Notes: generated from the sequence alone by a model not told the origin. A stretch of DNA of 64,000 bases from Lepidodermella squamata (GCA_047495785.1 JBLDXI010000020.1:434001-498000), one strand, 5' to 3'; numbered from the stretch's first letter, positions 1 to 13,021 are shown. Made by a program: numbers and translations.

Positions 1-46
1 TGCCTTTTTAGGTGGTTGAATTTAAGACTACATAGTTTGCCCAACA

Positions 47-1212
47 ATGCGTATCGATAACGATATCAAGTTGGATTTCAAGGTTTGCTCTCATCCCAGT
101 TTTCGTGGTTGTATAAATCATTGTTATGATTACAAAGGATGTTCTCATTAAACCGAAGCGAAGCACGATTCGCAGCCGTGCCGACGTAAATTTATTGAAT
201 ATTTTTAAATAATTTTTTTTAACCATTCTTCATTCATTTAAAGGCGGATCTCACTCGCGAATTTGTTTTCCGCAACTCGAAGGCGAAATACACGGGTGTT
301 CCGATCATGGCCTCAAACATGGACACCGTCGCGACTTTCGACATGGCTGCTGCTCTGCACAAGTTCGACATTTTCACGTGCATTCATAAACACTACCAAC
401 CCGAAGACTGGGCTCGGTTCGCTAAACAAAATCCTGATAATTTCCGCAACATCGCTGTAAGCGCTGGCATGTCTGATAATGACTTGAAACGCATGCGGGC
501 TATTGTCGAAGCTGTACCCGAGGCTCGCTACCTCTGCCTTGATGTAGCAAACGGCTATTCGGAGCATTTCGTCGACTTTGTTCGCCGAGTTCGCGAAGAA
601 TTCCCGAACCATACGATTCTGGCTGGTAACGTTGTCACTGCGGAAATGGTAGAAGAACTGCTGCTATCCGGCGCTGATATCATCAAGGTCGGCATTGGAC
701 CGGGTAGTGTTTGCACGACCCGCAAAAAGACCGGAGTTGGCTACCCTCAGCTGTCGGCTGTTATCGAGTGCGCCGATGCCGCTCACGGCTTGGGCGGGCA
801 CATCATTTCCGATGGCGGCTGCACGAACCCTGGAGATGTCGCTAAAGCCTTTGGAGCCGGTGCTGACTACGTTATGTTGGGCGGTATGCTGGCAGGTCAT
901 ACGGAATGCAACGGCGAGCTGATTGAGAAGAACGGGAAGAAATTTGTGAAATTCTACGGAATGAGCTCTTCAACTGCCATGCAGAAATACGCTGGTGGTG
1001 TTGCTGAATACCGTGCCAGCGAGGGTAAGGTGGTTGAAATCGAATACCGTGGCCCCGTTGCCGCCACCGCGCAGGACATTTTGGGCGGCCTTCGCTCGGC
1101 CTGCACTTACGTTGGAGCTGCCAAGTTGAAAGAACTGAGCCGTCGCACCACCTTTGTCCGAGTCACTCAGCAGACCAATGAGGTCTACACGCCATTCAAC
1201 GCTGGAAGTTGA
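47..1212 (+). CDS. GMPR: GMP reductase, 3 exons (47-82, 138-185, 244-1212)
   Basis: Spliced protein starts [21 protein letters not shown] and carries [32 protein letters not shown] and FYGMSS motifs; two GT-AG introns of 55 and 58 nt. Confidence 0.97.
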
Positions 1213-1563
1213 ATTCTTTGAGATTGATAACGATTTGAAAGAAACGTTTCAAATACATGCGAGACATTGTTCATTTTTATGAGTTTTTGCCGCTTTTTTG
1301 TCTTTTGGTCCGGCTATTGTGATAATCGCCTAGTCAAGTCATTGCCTCACATTCCGGTTTGAATCTGGTTTAAAATAGTGCTGCTCTCTGTTGTGCGCGT
1401 TTTGTTCATCTGATCACCGAATCTTCAATTAACAGTGTTGTGATATTTCACAGATGATATCGTCGCCCCTCTGTGAAATTGATCGGCTTTACTTACTCAC
1501 ACTTGAGCGATTAAAACAGGGGACTTTGTTTTACATGCTTCTTTTTTCTCATAGCTTAGAGAT

Positions 1564-3067
1564 ATGCACGCTTTTATATTAATTTTATTTTTGCTTTATC
1601 GAATCGACAATGCCTCAGCTGAGTCTCCTGAGACACTGACAAGGTTTGACATATTTACATGCATTTTTCAAATATTTACCTGTCATTTCAGCAGATATCT
1701 TTTGTACGACGTGAATCCGGTTGAAGGTTTTAATCTGCGGCGCGATGTTTACATGCGCATGGCCAATTTAGTGAAACTCATGAGGAAGAAGGACTCTGCT
1801 TGGACTTTGGTCCTACCTCCTTTTACCAATCTTTATCACTGGCGCTCGATTATTGATCAAGAAAAGCTACCCTGGTCTTACTTTTTTGACGTGGCTAGCT
1901 TAGCAAAACATGTTCCTGTGATTGAATTCATTGAATTCCTGGAAATCGCCAAAGCTAATCCTTTGTCTAAATCAGGCGATGTTTACAACGTAATAGACGA
2001 GTACTATCAAATGCAGCAGGATCAGGAGTTTTTTAAAACTGGAGTTTGGAGAGAGGGCGTTGAATTTGCAGCGTGTAACGAAGATCCCGAACTTCGCCTG
2101 ATCAATGGTGCGTATCGCGGCATTTTTTATGGCTACACTAATCTAGCCGCGGCCAAGTTTTCCTGCTTAACAGCATCGGCGGATATCGAGGTGTTCTCTC
2201 AATGGATATCATCGGCAACATCGGCTAAGGTTGTAATGTTGGGCCGTGCCGAAGTTCTAATTCACGGTAAGTATTCGGAATGGTCCGAGGAGTGGTGGAC
2301 CGCACGCAGAAGTATGCGATACGCCGGTCATCTTGTTGACATATCAAGTAACTATCGATCTGAATATTTGGAGTCGAGCGATGATCAAGAGGATACTAAA
2401 TTGCCTGCTGATTGGCGTGATGAGGTGAATTTTGTTTTATTATTTTTGTGGATTGAACTTTTTTTTCTTATCCTTGTAGAAGCCTGGTTCATCAGCGTCT
2501 GGTGGACCTTATTTGTGTGCTCATTGGCGTCGTGCTGATTACGTGCTCTCCTATCCTGAGAAGTCACCGGGACCCGGAGCGGCAGCTCGCCAATTGAAAA
2601 AATTGGCTAACGCATTGAGTCTATCAAAAATCTACGTCTCTACTGACACAAATGATATGGAAGTCCTTCGCCTTACAAAGCTACTTGAGCAGGACGATAT
2701 TAAGATATTGCGGTACAAACCCGATCGGCCTACTCTCCTGAAAATCAAAGATGGCGGTCAAGCTATTATTGATCAAGTGGGTAGCATCTGTTACGTATCC
2801 TTTGATTTTATGCTCAAATATATTTTCTAGATAATTTGCTCAAACGCTCGTTGGTTCATCGGTTCATATTCGAGCACGTTTTCGTTTCGAATTCAAGAGG
2901 ATCGCATGATAATGGGATTTTCGCCCGAGTCGACTTTTAATCGGCTTTGTGGCGACAACGAAACCGATTGCGAGCAGCCAACAAAATGGAAGGTTATTTA
3001 TCCTGTGGAAGTTCCCGCCAAGGCAACTAGCGATTCGAGTACTGAATCTGGTCACGAGGAACTGTAA
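1564..3067 (+). CDS. POFUT2: GDP-fucose protein O-fucosyltransferase 2 (introns 1644-1691/1694, 2425-2479, 2777-2830)
   Basis: Signal peptide, [68 protein letters not shown]; ends HEEL-stop at 3065-3067. Confidence 0.95.
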
Positions 3068-3340
3068 AACGCTTGCTCAAAAAGCCTCATTGTTGCTATT
3101 CAAGCTTTGATCATCTTTCATATAATGTCATTTGCAATTTATACTTCTTTTTATCTTTTTATTACTGCTCATTGTTGAAGATCGAAATGATATTATAAAA
3201 AGTTTCGTTATCACAGACGACAATTGAAAATAAAATCTAAAGCGAAGAAATTCAGAGTTGCTTATTGCATTCATCCTTTAATCAAATGCATTTCGAGTAT
3301 TCATGATTTTAAATTTCCGGTTTTCACTAATCGGAGTATT

Positions 3341-4537
3341 TTAGTTTCTTCCAGTTTGGGCTTCAATCATCAACTGCGTCGCCATGTCGGGGTCGTACTC
3401 AATGCTTTGTTTGAGGTAATATTTAGAGCGATTCTCGTCGGCTCTTACTCCTTTCCCCAACTGAAGACACCGGGACAGGTAAAATGCGGCAATTGATAAC
3501 CCACGACGTGCTGTTGTTGACGCAGAAAGAGCTGCCTCTTGCTGCCAAATGGGATCATTGAAATCGCTATTGCCGTACGTTTCCAAACACCTGCACAGAA
3601 TTGAATTAAATATAGAGTCGCAATTCAGCGTTTTTCAACCAACCTGACTGCCAATTCAACGCATTTGACATACAGCCTGCGTTTGTAGTACATTGCCGAC
3701 AGATAGCCCGTCGCAAAGCAGCTGCCGCGAGCGCTCGCATCGCGTAGGCATTCGAAGGCCGATTCTTCACTTCGCTGTATACCCAGACCCTTGTGATACA
3801 TGACACCTAAAGCACCTATAATTTCAACAAAAAGTAAGCTGAGTCCTCAGTCGTCTCCAAATTTATTACTCTGAGATTCCAAACTGCCGTTTCCAACAGC
3901 TTCCGAGTGCCAAAAGAATGCTTTCTCCAAGTTAGCGTGGCCTGGTCTGGAATAATACATTCCAAGAGCAGTTTGTGCGCGAACCGAGGCGATAGGATTT
4001 CCGTCATCGGCGGCTCTGATCCACCATTTTTCGGCATCTTCTGGAGATGTGTACTTGACGCCGACGCTGAGAAAATAGCAGCTTCCCACATTATAGCAAG
4101 CGGCAAATACGAATGGGTCGTTTTTCACGGGAAGTGAACCGATTTCTTTCATTATCTCAACGGCACTGAGCTGATTTTCATGTGATAGTTGGTACCCACC
4201 CAAACCGTCGAAAATCATAGTAGCGATCAAAAATCTAGCGCGATGGTCTTCCTTAGGCGCTTTCTCTAGCAAATCCTTTGTTTCATCGAAGCGTTTCTAT
4301 TTAATAGCATCGCCGAAGTGAAATACTTTCTCTATAGTTTAATCATACCTCGAGAAATAGATTTTGACACAGAGGGAAGATGGCAGCCGTGTCACCACTA
4401 TTTACCAAGGCGTACAGTTCCTCGACATCGCCGCGGGCATTTTCATCCATATATCTTCTGCTAACATCATATGCAGTTGCAGACATACTAAGTTTGTAGG
4501 CACCAGAATCGGCATTGCCGACATTTTGCTCTGACAT
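3341..4537 (-). CDS. LRP2BP: LRP2-binding protein (SEL1-like repeats), 4 exons
   Basis: Spliced product has SEL1 repeats [54 protein letters not shown] and AAFYLSRCLQLGKGV; short GT-AG introns. Confidence 0.9.
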
Positions 4538-5047
4538 TTTATGGGGCTAATTAATAAACACTTGGAATCAATGAATAGTTCAATGTAATAAATTATTTTG
4601 CGGCTTCAAATGGAAACGATACTGACGTCTCAACTATGCAGCCAGAAAATTAATGAGAGTATTTGGCATCATCCTAAATCATCTTCTTTTCTAATGATGA
4701 GCATTGATCCGTAGATAAATATGAACTTTTTAAAGTAAAACATTCCTCATGAGGTAACTAGGAGGCAGGAGATGATACCGTCAAGCCTCGATCGCATGGA
4801 TGGATGGATGGATGTTAGACCCTGACACCAATTCTGGTGATTTAACAGGGCTTGGGTTGATAAGTTAGACCTGTCACCGATAATTCGGTGTTAGGCGACC
4901 GTTCGTGAACGTGTGTAACTGACTTGACTTCGCAAGGTCATGCGAAGGCAATGAGCGTCTGTAGTTACTACTAATTGTGTTGTTTTTGAGTTTATAAAAG
5001 TAACATTAATTATTATTGATGGGTTTAATTTAACTGGTGTGAAGTTT

Positions 5048-5061
5048 GTTAACATGACAAC
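5048..5061. promoter_or_regulatory. Candidate RFX X-box in the LRP2BP/ENO4 divergent promoter
   Basis: Imperfect 14-bp palindrome GTTAACATGACAAC about 95 nt upstream of the ENO4 ATG, between two cilia/flagellum-associated genes; one departure from X-box consensus. Confidence 0.4.
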
Positions 5062-5153
5062 GAAAGCTTCATTGGAGGAAACGGCAATGTAGCATTCGGT
5101 ACGTACAGCACAAACAGCAGTCTTGCTACTCTCCGTGTTCGCGGCTGATTAAA

Positions 5154-7927
5154 ATGGATAAGCTTGAACGACTCAAAAAAATGACGCCGGAGGAGCTGAT
5201 GGCTTTGAAAGAAAAGGCTATGGTTTATTATGGAAAGAATGGAGTACCGAAAAAGATGGAAGAGGCACTTAACCAGATGTTTTTTGACTCGCCAACTGAT
5301 GTTTACGGTTATCTTGTTCACTTCTTCAAAAAGAACTGCTCTCCTACTATAATTGAGCATATTTGCTTGGAGCCAGCACTTTCTTCGATCGGTGAGATCA
5401 CAAATCAGCTGGATTTGATTGGGAAATTTGCGAATGTTTCTCAGTCCTACGCAACAGTTACATTGACCCCTAATTCTGCAATCGAGGGAGTGGGCGATCC
5501 GTCAACAGAAGTAAATGCGGCGGCCAACTTCTTGGAGTCTTTCAAAGAATTCGTACGATCCAATGGTGAACTCGTGGAGAACTATAAGAGCTGTATTTTT
5601 GACAAGTTTATCTAGTAAGTTATTTGACTTTCCGCCTTCGGAGTTATTCCGCTATTTAGTCCACTCTTTAGTATTAAGCAAACTGTCCTGATTTCTCCAA
5701 TTCTAATTTTCTCATTATTCAAGCTAAGAAGAATATTGGAGTAAGTGGCCACCCCGTTAACTTGGACTATTTGAACAGTAAGCCTTTGTGATTCCTCTAA
5801 ATAAGTCGAACTCACTGCGGGTCTCAAACTAAATTAAATGTTCCGAAATCTTGGCTTCCAAGATTGAACCCTTCATTAGAATCATGACATTTTTATTATC
5901 ATGTCTTACGGATTTCTTCGGGTCATATGAAAGATCTGAAAAATCTGAAAATGGAATAAGTATTCAAGATTCAAGATTTTCTCATAGCGATAATGATTTT
6001 TGAAGTTGGCATTCCATGAATTGATGTTATTTATTATTTAAAAAGTAATGAAGGCGGAATCACTCTTGTATCATGTTTATCACGAAACATTAATTTACCT
6101 TTCACAGTGAAGCATTTCGAACTCGCGAGAAAGATGTTGAAGCAGAATGGAGAAAAGAAAAACTGACAGAACAGCTAGCAGCTCCTTCTGAGTCGACAGC
6201 AACGGCACCCGAAACAAACAAAAAGGGCGGAAAAGTCAAAACTGCTTCAAAAAGACCAGTTCCAGTCGTCATAGAAACTCCACCGAAGCCTCCTGGTTTG
6301 TCGATGGTACCAGCGTTGTCAAAGCTGTTGTGCTTAGCGGCTGCCAAATCTTCAGAGCTAGCCCCCTATCAGCTGATTCGCGGTCTTCGACTTGCGGCCG
6401 AAGAATCATCGGTATAATCTGGAACTGATTGTGCACTAGAATTTCTCCTATTTGCTGTATTGCAGCCGGTAACGAATCTTTTTCCGTTGGGTGTTCTATC
6501 GCAAAACGGCAAAAACTCTCAAGGCAAGTTAAAATGCTTCAAAGAATTGTTCGTCATTCTCAACATCACTCGCTCAAATGAATCGGTAATTTGGCGATTT
6601 TGAATATCTGGACCTGTTATTAATTTACATTAATTTCAGACCTTGACAGACCTTTGGCGTTTGTTCGACGGCTTCAGAAACAAAGTCTTAGCTAAGGCTT
6701 CTCCCGGAGTGGTAACTTGAGATTTTTCGGATCACTTATAACATAACAACACTGTTATATAGGCAAAGCTAGTAACAGAGCTTGGTACAATATCGCCTCC
6801 TATCGATAGGCCTGAACAAATTTTGGACCTTGTTCAAGAAGTCGCAAATGAATGCGGCCTCCGGCCGGGAGTAGATATGCTTTTTGGAATCAACTGCAGC
6901 GCACAAGAGCTGTTTGACGCTGTGAGATTAAATGATATGACATGTTAGTTCGCTGGTGTTAAATGTTGCCTTTCGATCAAAATCTAGGACAAAGGCAAAT
7001 ATGAGCTCGTTGTAGGAGCAGCTAAAGCTCCTGAAGACGCTGCCGATTTCTGGGCTGATTTGGTGTTGCGTTATCCTATTGCGATTCTCATCGACCCTTT
7101 GCGCAAAGAGGTGAATTATATTGCCATCAGTTTATGCCAATTAAAACTCGAATTTTTGTTATAAAGGATGCCGTGGCGTGGCAGAAATTGTCAGATCGAA
7201 CGTCGGGTAAATGTTTCCTCTTCGCGGATCACGCTTTGGGGATCCGACTGGATCATTTGGCAATGGGCGAGATTCAAGATGGATTCCAATCTACCCAATC
7301 ATCTGTCGACCTATCATCAACACAGCCAGCTCAGCAGCAACAACTTCCAACTATCTCAGAAGGAGCACCGGCGGCTCCAACAGCTGGCAAGGCTCCCCCT
7401 GTCCAACCGCCAGCCCCAGCTCCTGGGCAAACCACGCGCCCGTCAACCGGTGCGACAGGGGCAACTTACAATAACGCTCCGCCAGTCGCGCCCATTCCAC
7501 CAGGAGTCACAGGGGTTGTTCTTAGATTCGACGGAACAAACCTGATGACAGTTAGTGCGGCTGCGAAATTGGCAGATTATCTTCAAGGTTAGAAATAGAA
7601 ATAATAAAAATAGTTTGAGGCCAATTTATTCGTTACAGATAACAACCTGAAAACGATGGTCTACGCCACGGCTTTCGATGGGTCTGACACCTTTTCTCTT
7701 GACCTGGTAAATTAAATTACGATTTAAACATTTAAACAAATTTATTCCTCTTTCAGGCTTTGGGCGTCGGGGCGCATTCATTGCTCATCGGCGGTCTTGC
7801 CAGGGGCGAGCGATCGGCGATTTTTAACAAATGGTATTCTTACACGAAAAAACTGGCGTTACCTGCGCCGGCCCTGAATCAAGCTGTACCAATCGAGCGC
7901 TATGCGCTATTTACCGAACAAAACTAA
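5154..7927 (+). CDS. ENO4: Enolase 4 (divergent, probably non-catalytic enolase), about 9 exons
   Basis: N-terminal KAMVYYGKNGVPKKMEEALNQMFFDSPTDVYGYL typical of ENO4; later IDRPEQILDLVQE, GINCSAQELFD, LIDPLRKED and GGLARGER; GT-AG introns, the first being 5615-6107. Confidence 0.88.
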
Positions 7928-8383
7928 CAGGAAATATTATTTTTTGTTTTAAAAAGACGATGGTACATCGCTTATTACGTTAGCGGTATGAAATAAAAAA
8001 GCACTGGAGCGCCGACTTGTTGTTATTTACCGCGTAGCGAAACGAAGCTTGAGACGCTTGGTCTCCCTATTGTGAGGTAACTAGCCTCCTCCACACGAGT
8101 CGTTTGTTGACCACTTGGCCGTGTCAAGTTGTTTAGGGCCATTAAATGGCCCCGTTACCTTTTCCATGAGACAGGCAGGCATTAATAATATTTTGCCCAA
8201 CCCTAGCGATGAATTACAAAGTTAACTACATTTTGATTGAATCAGAATTTAAGTCGGACGGCCGAGGTCATGTGCACTCTGCTGATCGAAGCCGCCTGGT
8301 CAAGCGCGTGCCTGATTTTACGCGCTCGAAAATTTCTTCGCGCCTCAACAGCTTATTAACTGATGCTGTTGCTGAGAGAAAAA

Positions 8384-8393
8384 GGGGCGGGGC
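8384..8393 (+). promoter_or_regulatory. GC box upstream of the Spinster gene
   Basis: GGGGCGGGGC (Sp/KLF consensus) about 300 nt upstream of ATG 8691. Confidence 0.4.
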
Positions 8394-8690
8394 TTGGCTG
8401 CTTTTTTCATGCCAACAACGCGCGACAAGTACGTAAGGCTTTTTTTCTTATCGCTATTCTTTCATTGCCGGGTTTATCGTGTAGTGCAAATAGTAGCCAC
8501 TCGTTTTTCCTCAATCATAGCAATTTTTACGAGTTCTACTTGTTCATATCAATTTGTTTCAGTGACCAACGCGATAAAGTAGCAAAATCAGTGGTTGTTT
8601 TTTTTATCATTTTTCTTATGTTGCCTGTCCGCATAGGTGCGCATTATTATCCTTGATAGTTGCAATTAATCATAGTATTAATTGTGCAAA

Positions 8691-10974
8691 ATGGCTTATC
8701 CAACGCCCGCGTTGGAAATGGGCACCTCAACCGACAAAGTTTATTACCAGTCATCGAAATCGCTGATAACTGGTTTGATGGCTCCTCACTGACCTTTGCT
8801 CAATATTCTAATATTTCTTAAATTATACAGGCTCGACGATTTTGAAGCCGGAAGATGAGAAAAAGAAGAAAACCGACGAAAAGGACGCTGAGCCTCCTCA
8901 GTTACCGATCACTGGTATGGAAATTTACACCGTTATACTGCTGCTCATGGTCAATCTTTGCAATTACGCTGACCGATACACCGTACCAAGTAAATTTTTA
9001 GAATTTTAGCGTGGAAAGTATTAATTCAAATTTATTCAGGTGTATTGCCTCAAATAAAGCAGGCGTTTAATAAAGACAACACTAATTTAAGCGACAAGGA
9101 GCTGGGATTGCTACAGACCGTTTTCGTCGTTGTCTACATGATTTTCTCACCGCTTTTCGGCTACCTCGGCGATCGATTCAACCGGCGAATTCTAATGGCT
9201 ATCGGTTTATTTGCATGGGGTGCTGTTAGCTTGGCGTCAGCCTTTGTCGACCCGGCATGGGAGAATGTGATTTTCCTTCATGTGAATGCATCGTCTATGA
9301 ATAACCTCATGATTTTTAGAGTTTCTGGATATTTCTTACCCTGCGCGCGATGGTCGGCATAGGCGAAGCCAGTTACGTGACTATCAGCCCGACCCTAATT
9401 TCTGACCTGTTTATTGGACGCCGGCGTACCTTTATTCTTCTTATTTATCAATCTACAATGCTGCTGGGCAGGTAATATTTCTACAACCAGCCGGGTTTTA
9501 TTCGAGTGCATAATTTGTGTTGCAATAATGCAGCGGTGTTGGCTACATGGTCGCCTCGTTAGTTTCTACTCTCACAGGATCCTGGCACTATCCGTTCATG
9601 GTATGGCCGCCTGTCGTTTTTCTTTGCATGCTTGGGCTGCTCTTCTTGAAAGAACCCGAGCGCGGCAAAGCCGAAGGTGTGACAAACGTGGCTGCTACAT
9701 CCTATGTTGCGGACCTGAAATACATTGCCAGCATGTTAGTCAATCAAGTTCTACAAGTATTTATTTAATCATACATGATCTTTTTTTTTAGAAAAAGCTA
9801 TCTTCTATGCACCTTTGGCTACACGGCGACTGTATTTGTCATTGGGGCTATATCGTTTTGGGCTCCTAGTTTTGCAGCTTACCAATACCGAATGACGGAC
9901 CCAGATTATCCTGAATCTACGTGTGTTTCAGACAAATTATTTCCTCCAGTATCGTCAAATTTTCAAATAATAGAGTTGGCTTCTATTTCGGCTTAATCAC
10001 CATTCTCGGTGGTGTCATCGGCGCCGGATTGGGAACTTTGTCGGCCAAGTACATGCGCCGTAACAAGAAAATCGGCGACGAAGCGGATGCCCTCGCATGT
10101 GGTATAGGCGCTTTGGTTTCTGGACCATTGATTTATTTGACCCTCGGAATCGCCGAGTTAGTTTTTTAATTCGACCTTTTATTATATCTGAAATATTTCA
10201 CCTCAGGTATTCTTCGATCGGAATGTGGGTCATGGTTTTTATGACCTTGACCTTCTTGTCGGTCAACTTGGTTCTGACTCAAGAAATCACGCTATATGGT
10301 AATTTTAATCAGTGAAAATTATCCGTAATATGAAATCTGGTTGAAATACTTTAGTCATGATTCCGACAACGCGAGCGACTGGAGCTGGCATGCAGATTCT
10401 ATGTTCGCATCTCTTCGGTGATGCTGCAAGCCCCTACATCGTCGGTCTTGTAAGTTCGCTATAAAAAATTGTAAATTCTCTAAATTGTAAATATTTCAAG
10501 ATTGTCGACGGCCTGAAGGCGAGCGAAGCTCCCAATCGCATACCAAATGCATACGAGGATTTCGTTTTTCGGCAATACGCGCTTTACTTCCTGTGCATCT
10601 TCTGCACAATCGGAGCGTTGCTGTACTTCATATGTTCGCTGTACGTCGTCAAAGACAAGGACGAAGCGACGATGTTGGCGGTGTCGATGAGCCGCAAGTC
10701 GACTGCCGCGAACTTGCAGCAGTACGAGATGATGAATTCAACGCCGCCCGCCGCTATCACCAATCCAGAGCCGAAAATGTCCATGATGGCAAACGGTGGC
10801 GTAACCAATACGTTCTTCATTCCAGAATCCCGTGCTTCGTCCGGTTACCTTTCGCATTCGAATCTACATCTAAATCCGCAAGCAATGTCGCCGCCGGTCA
10901 CCGTGGTCAGTACGTCGACTCTGGGCGAGAGAGACAGGGCGCAAGAGTTCAGCCCGGAGTCAACTGCGTTGTGA
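8691..10974 (+). CDS. Spinster-family MFS transporter (SPNS1-like), about 10 exons
   Basis: VNLCNYADRYTV, GLLQTVFVVVYMIFSPLFGYLGDRFNRR, RAMVGIGEASY and SHLFGDAASPYIVG motifs reconstructed across GT-AG introns in consistent phase. Confidence 0.92.
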
Positions 10975-11736
10975 AAACGTGACCGTCATCTTCGAAAAAC
11001 ATATTGCAGCTATTCAATGTGTTTTCTTGCGTGTTCCAGTTTTTGTCACATTTCCTTGTCTTTTTATACGGAGCGAAAACTTGCGGCTTGGTAACTCTCT
11101 CAATTAATCAGTTGTTGGGGTCAAGCGCTACGGCTGCCCTTCATCTTGCACGAACTTTGCCTAAAATTATGCAGGTACTTGGACACGCGTTGTTCGAGGA
11201 CAAACATTTGTTATTGAATTAGTCAAGCGAGTAGCAAGAAACGCCTTTCATCTTGTATATGAAATAGTTGAAAATTGCATTGATCATTGTACAGCGGAAG
11301 ATGCTGGCTGATCTTGATAATGTGATGCTGTAAATCCTGGAGATATTAATTTTATTATAATTTTTCCCCTATAATTTTTTTGTTTGCTGTGTTGATGATG
11401 GTGTACATTTCAGATGTAGACATACCGATTAAAACTATAAAACCGGTCTTTAAATATCAAGACTAATGCTTATTAAAAAAGTTATAATTTGAAGCGTTAA
11501 TGCCAAGTTTTTTCTGGAAGGATATACTGTAAAAAATATTTCGAAAGAATAAAGCGAGTAAACAATGGGTTCTACTCTTCTTTGTCTAGTAAACACGTTT
11601 TTTGTGGCGTAAGGTGCAACATCTATTGTTTGGCTCGTTTTTTACTTTTCGATTTCAGTGCGCCGATTGTTTTCGGCGCAAACAAAGAAGTCTTGAAGAT
11701 TTGGCTCTGAAATAAGTGAGGGTTCATGTTTTAAGA

Positions 11737-12165
11737 ATGCCCGAAGTGAGATTATTCAGCTTCATTGTTGCCTCGGTGATTTTGTTGTCAATCATCGATG
11801 GTTTCATCTCCTTGCCTCATCTGGAGCGAAGCCGGCGTCAAGCCGACCCACGCTGCGGCAGGAACATCACCCTCAACGTCGCCTGGCAGAGATGGAAGCC
11901 TGAGCGGCTAATGGCGATGAATGGCTTTAAAAATTATTGTCCACAGCCGATTTGGCGTTGGAGATTTTTCAACCGAACCTGCACGGAAGTACCTATATGC
12001 ACGAAAGCATGTTGGCCCAAATGCGATGATGAAGAGTCACCGACCTACGAGGAGCAAATGACTTTTCCAGGAAGGAACGATTGTGTTAAAGCGTGTCAAC
12101 CCAATGCGCTAACAACTGCTGCTCCTACAACTATATCAAACTATGATGTTTACGCTGATAGATGA
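11737..12165 (+). CDS. Intronless secreted cysteine-rich peptide precursor, divergent Kunitz-like
   Basis: Signal peptide MPEVRLFSFIVASVILLSIIDG, furin site RSRR followed by Gln, and 8 Cys with C..RWRF...C and F...DCVKAC spacing reminiscent of Kunitz/BPTI. Confidence 0.6.
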   Translation: MPEVRLFSFIVASVILLSIIDGFISLPHLERSRRQADPRCGRNITLNVAWQRWKPERLMAMNGFKNYCPQPIWRWRFFNRTCTEVPICTKACWPKCDDEESPTYEEQMTFPGRNDCVKACQPNALTTAAPTTISNYDVYADR

Positions 12166-13021
12166 ACAGTATTTCGCATCGTGGTCTCTATTGTTAGTTC
12201 ATCCTTTACACACATTTTACACAATTTCAATAAATATTTTACTCTTCCCAATCGAACTACTTTCCCAAGTACTAAAATGTGCCCATTTTCTCATGCATTT
12301 TCTAACTTCTGATCGTTTCCATTTTGAAAAAATAGACGGGCGATTTAGCAGCCACGCCGTTCCTCTCTCTGAACCGGTGTTGCTCCTTTTGTTACGGATT
12401 GCGCTGGATTTTTCCAGCAAATAATGAAAGCCGAGCTTTTTTCCGACAAGTTGTTAATTGGCAGTTTTTGAAAGTTCTAGTTGGCATTCAGTATTAGCGA
12501 ATAAGACACTACGGTTGGTGCATATTGGTTGGCTGACGTGGCTCTGGATCACTTTAGACATACTTTAGGCCTTTATTAGCTTCCAAGGTCAGAATTTTAC
12601 CCATATACATGCACGCGAGTTAAATGCTTGACAACAATGACGCCGTGTCGACGGAGAATAAACTCATGTCGTTTATTCTTCTATCACGGGTCAACCATTG
12701 AAATTTAATTGAGGCCTGTCATTGATTTGCCCAATCGAAGCTCACAATATATAATCGATCCTTGAAAAATACTCTAGGTCATATGAGCCCCGTTGCGAGC
12801 CTAAACCTGACATTTAATGGAGGCTATCAATTATCAGACACCAACTATGACAATATCTTCGGGCAGTATATGATGAGAAATAGTTTGCAGGTAGGAAGTT
12901 TCGAGGAGGTTTTAAATGTCAATTTTTAGTGTCGGCTCAGTGAAACAGGGATGATGAAGATTGAACACCCAAGCAGGCACGTTCGAAAAATGTCTACCAG
13001 CTTCCGAACGCTCCACCTATA

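Noticed and set aside
1445-1479. Perfect 10-bp hairpin in the GMPR 3' region
   Set aside because: Too short for a pre-miRNA and lacks SECIS or snoRNA boxes; function unsupported.
4752-4790. GAG|GTAAC and ggcaggagatgatacc as an SL RNA or U1 snRNA
   Set aside because: No ATACTTACCTG 5' end and no convincing Sm site at the expected distance.
5615-6107. ENO4 intron as RNase P/MRP or telomerase RNA
   Set aside because: GAAAGTC-like motifs lack a properly placed P4 partner, and there is no CCCTAA template.
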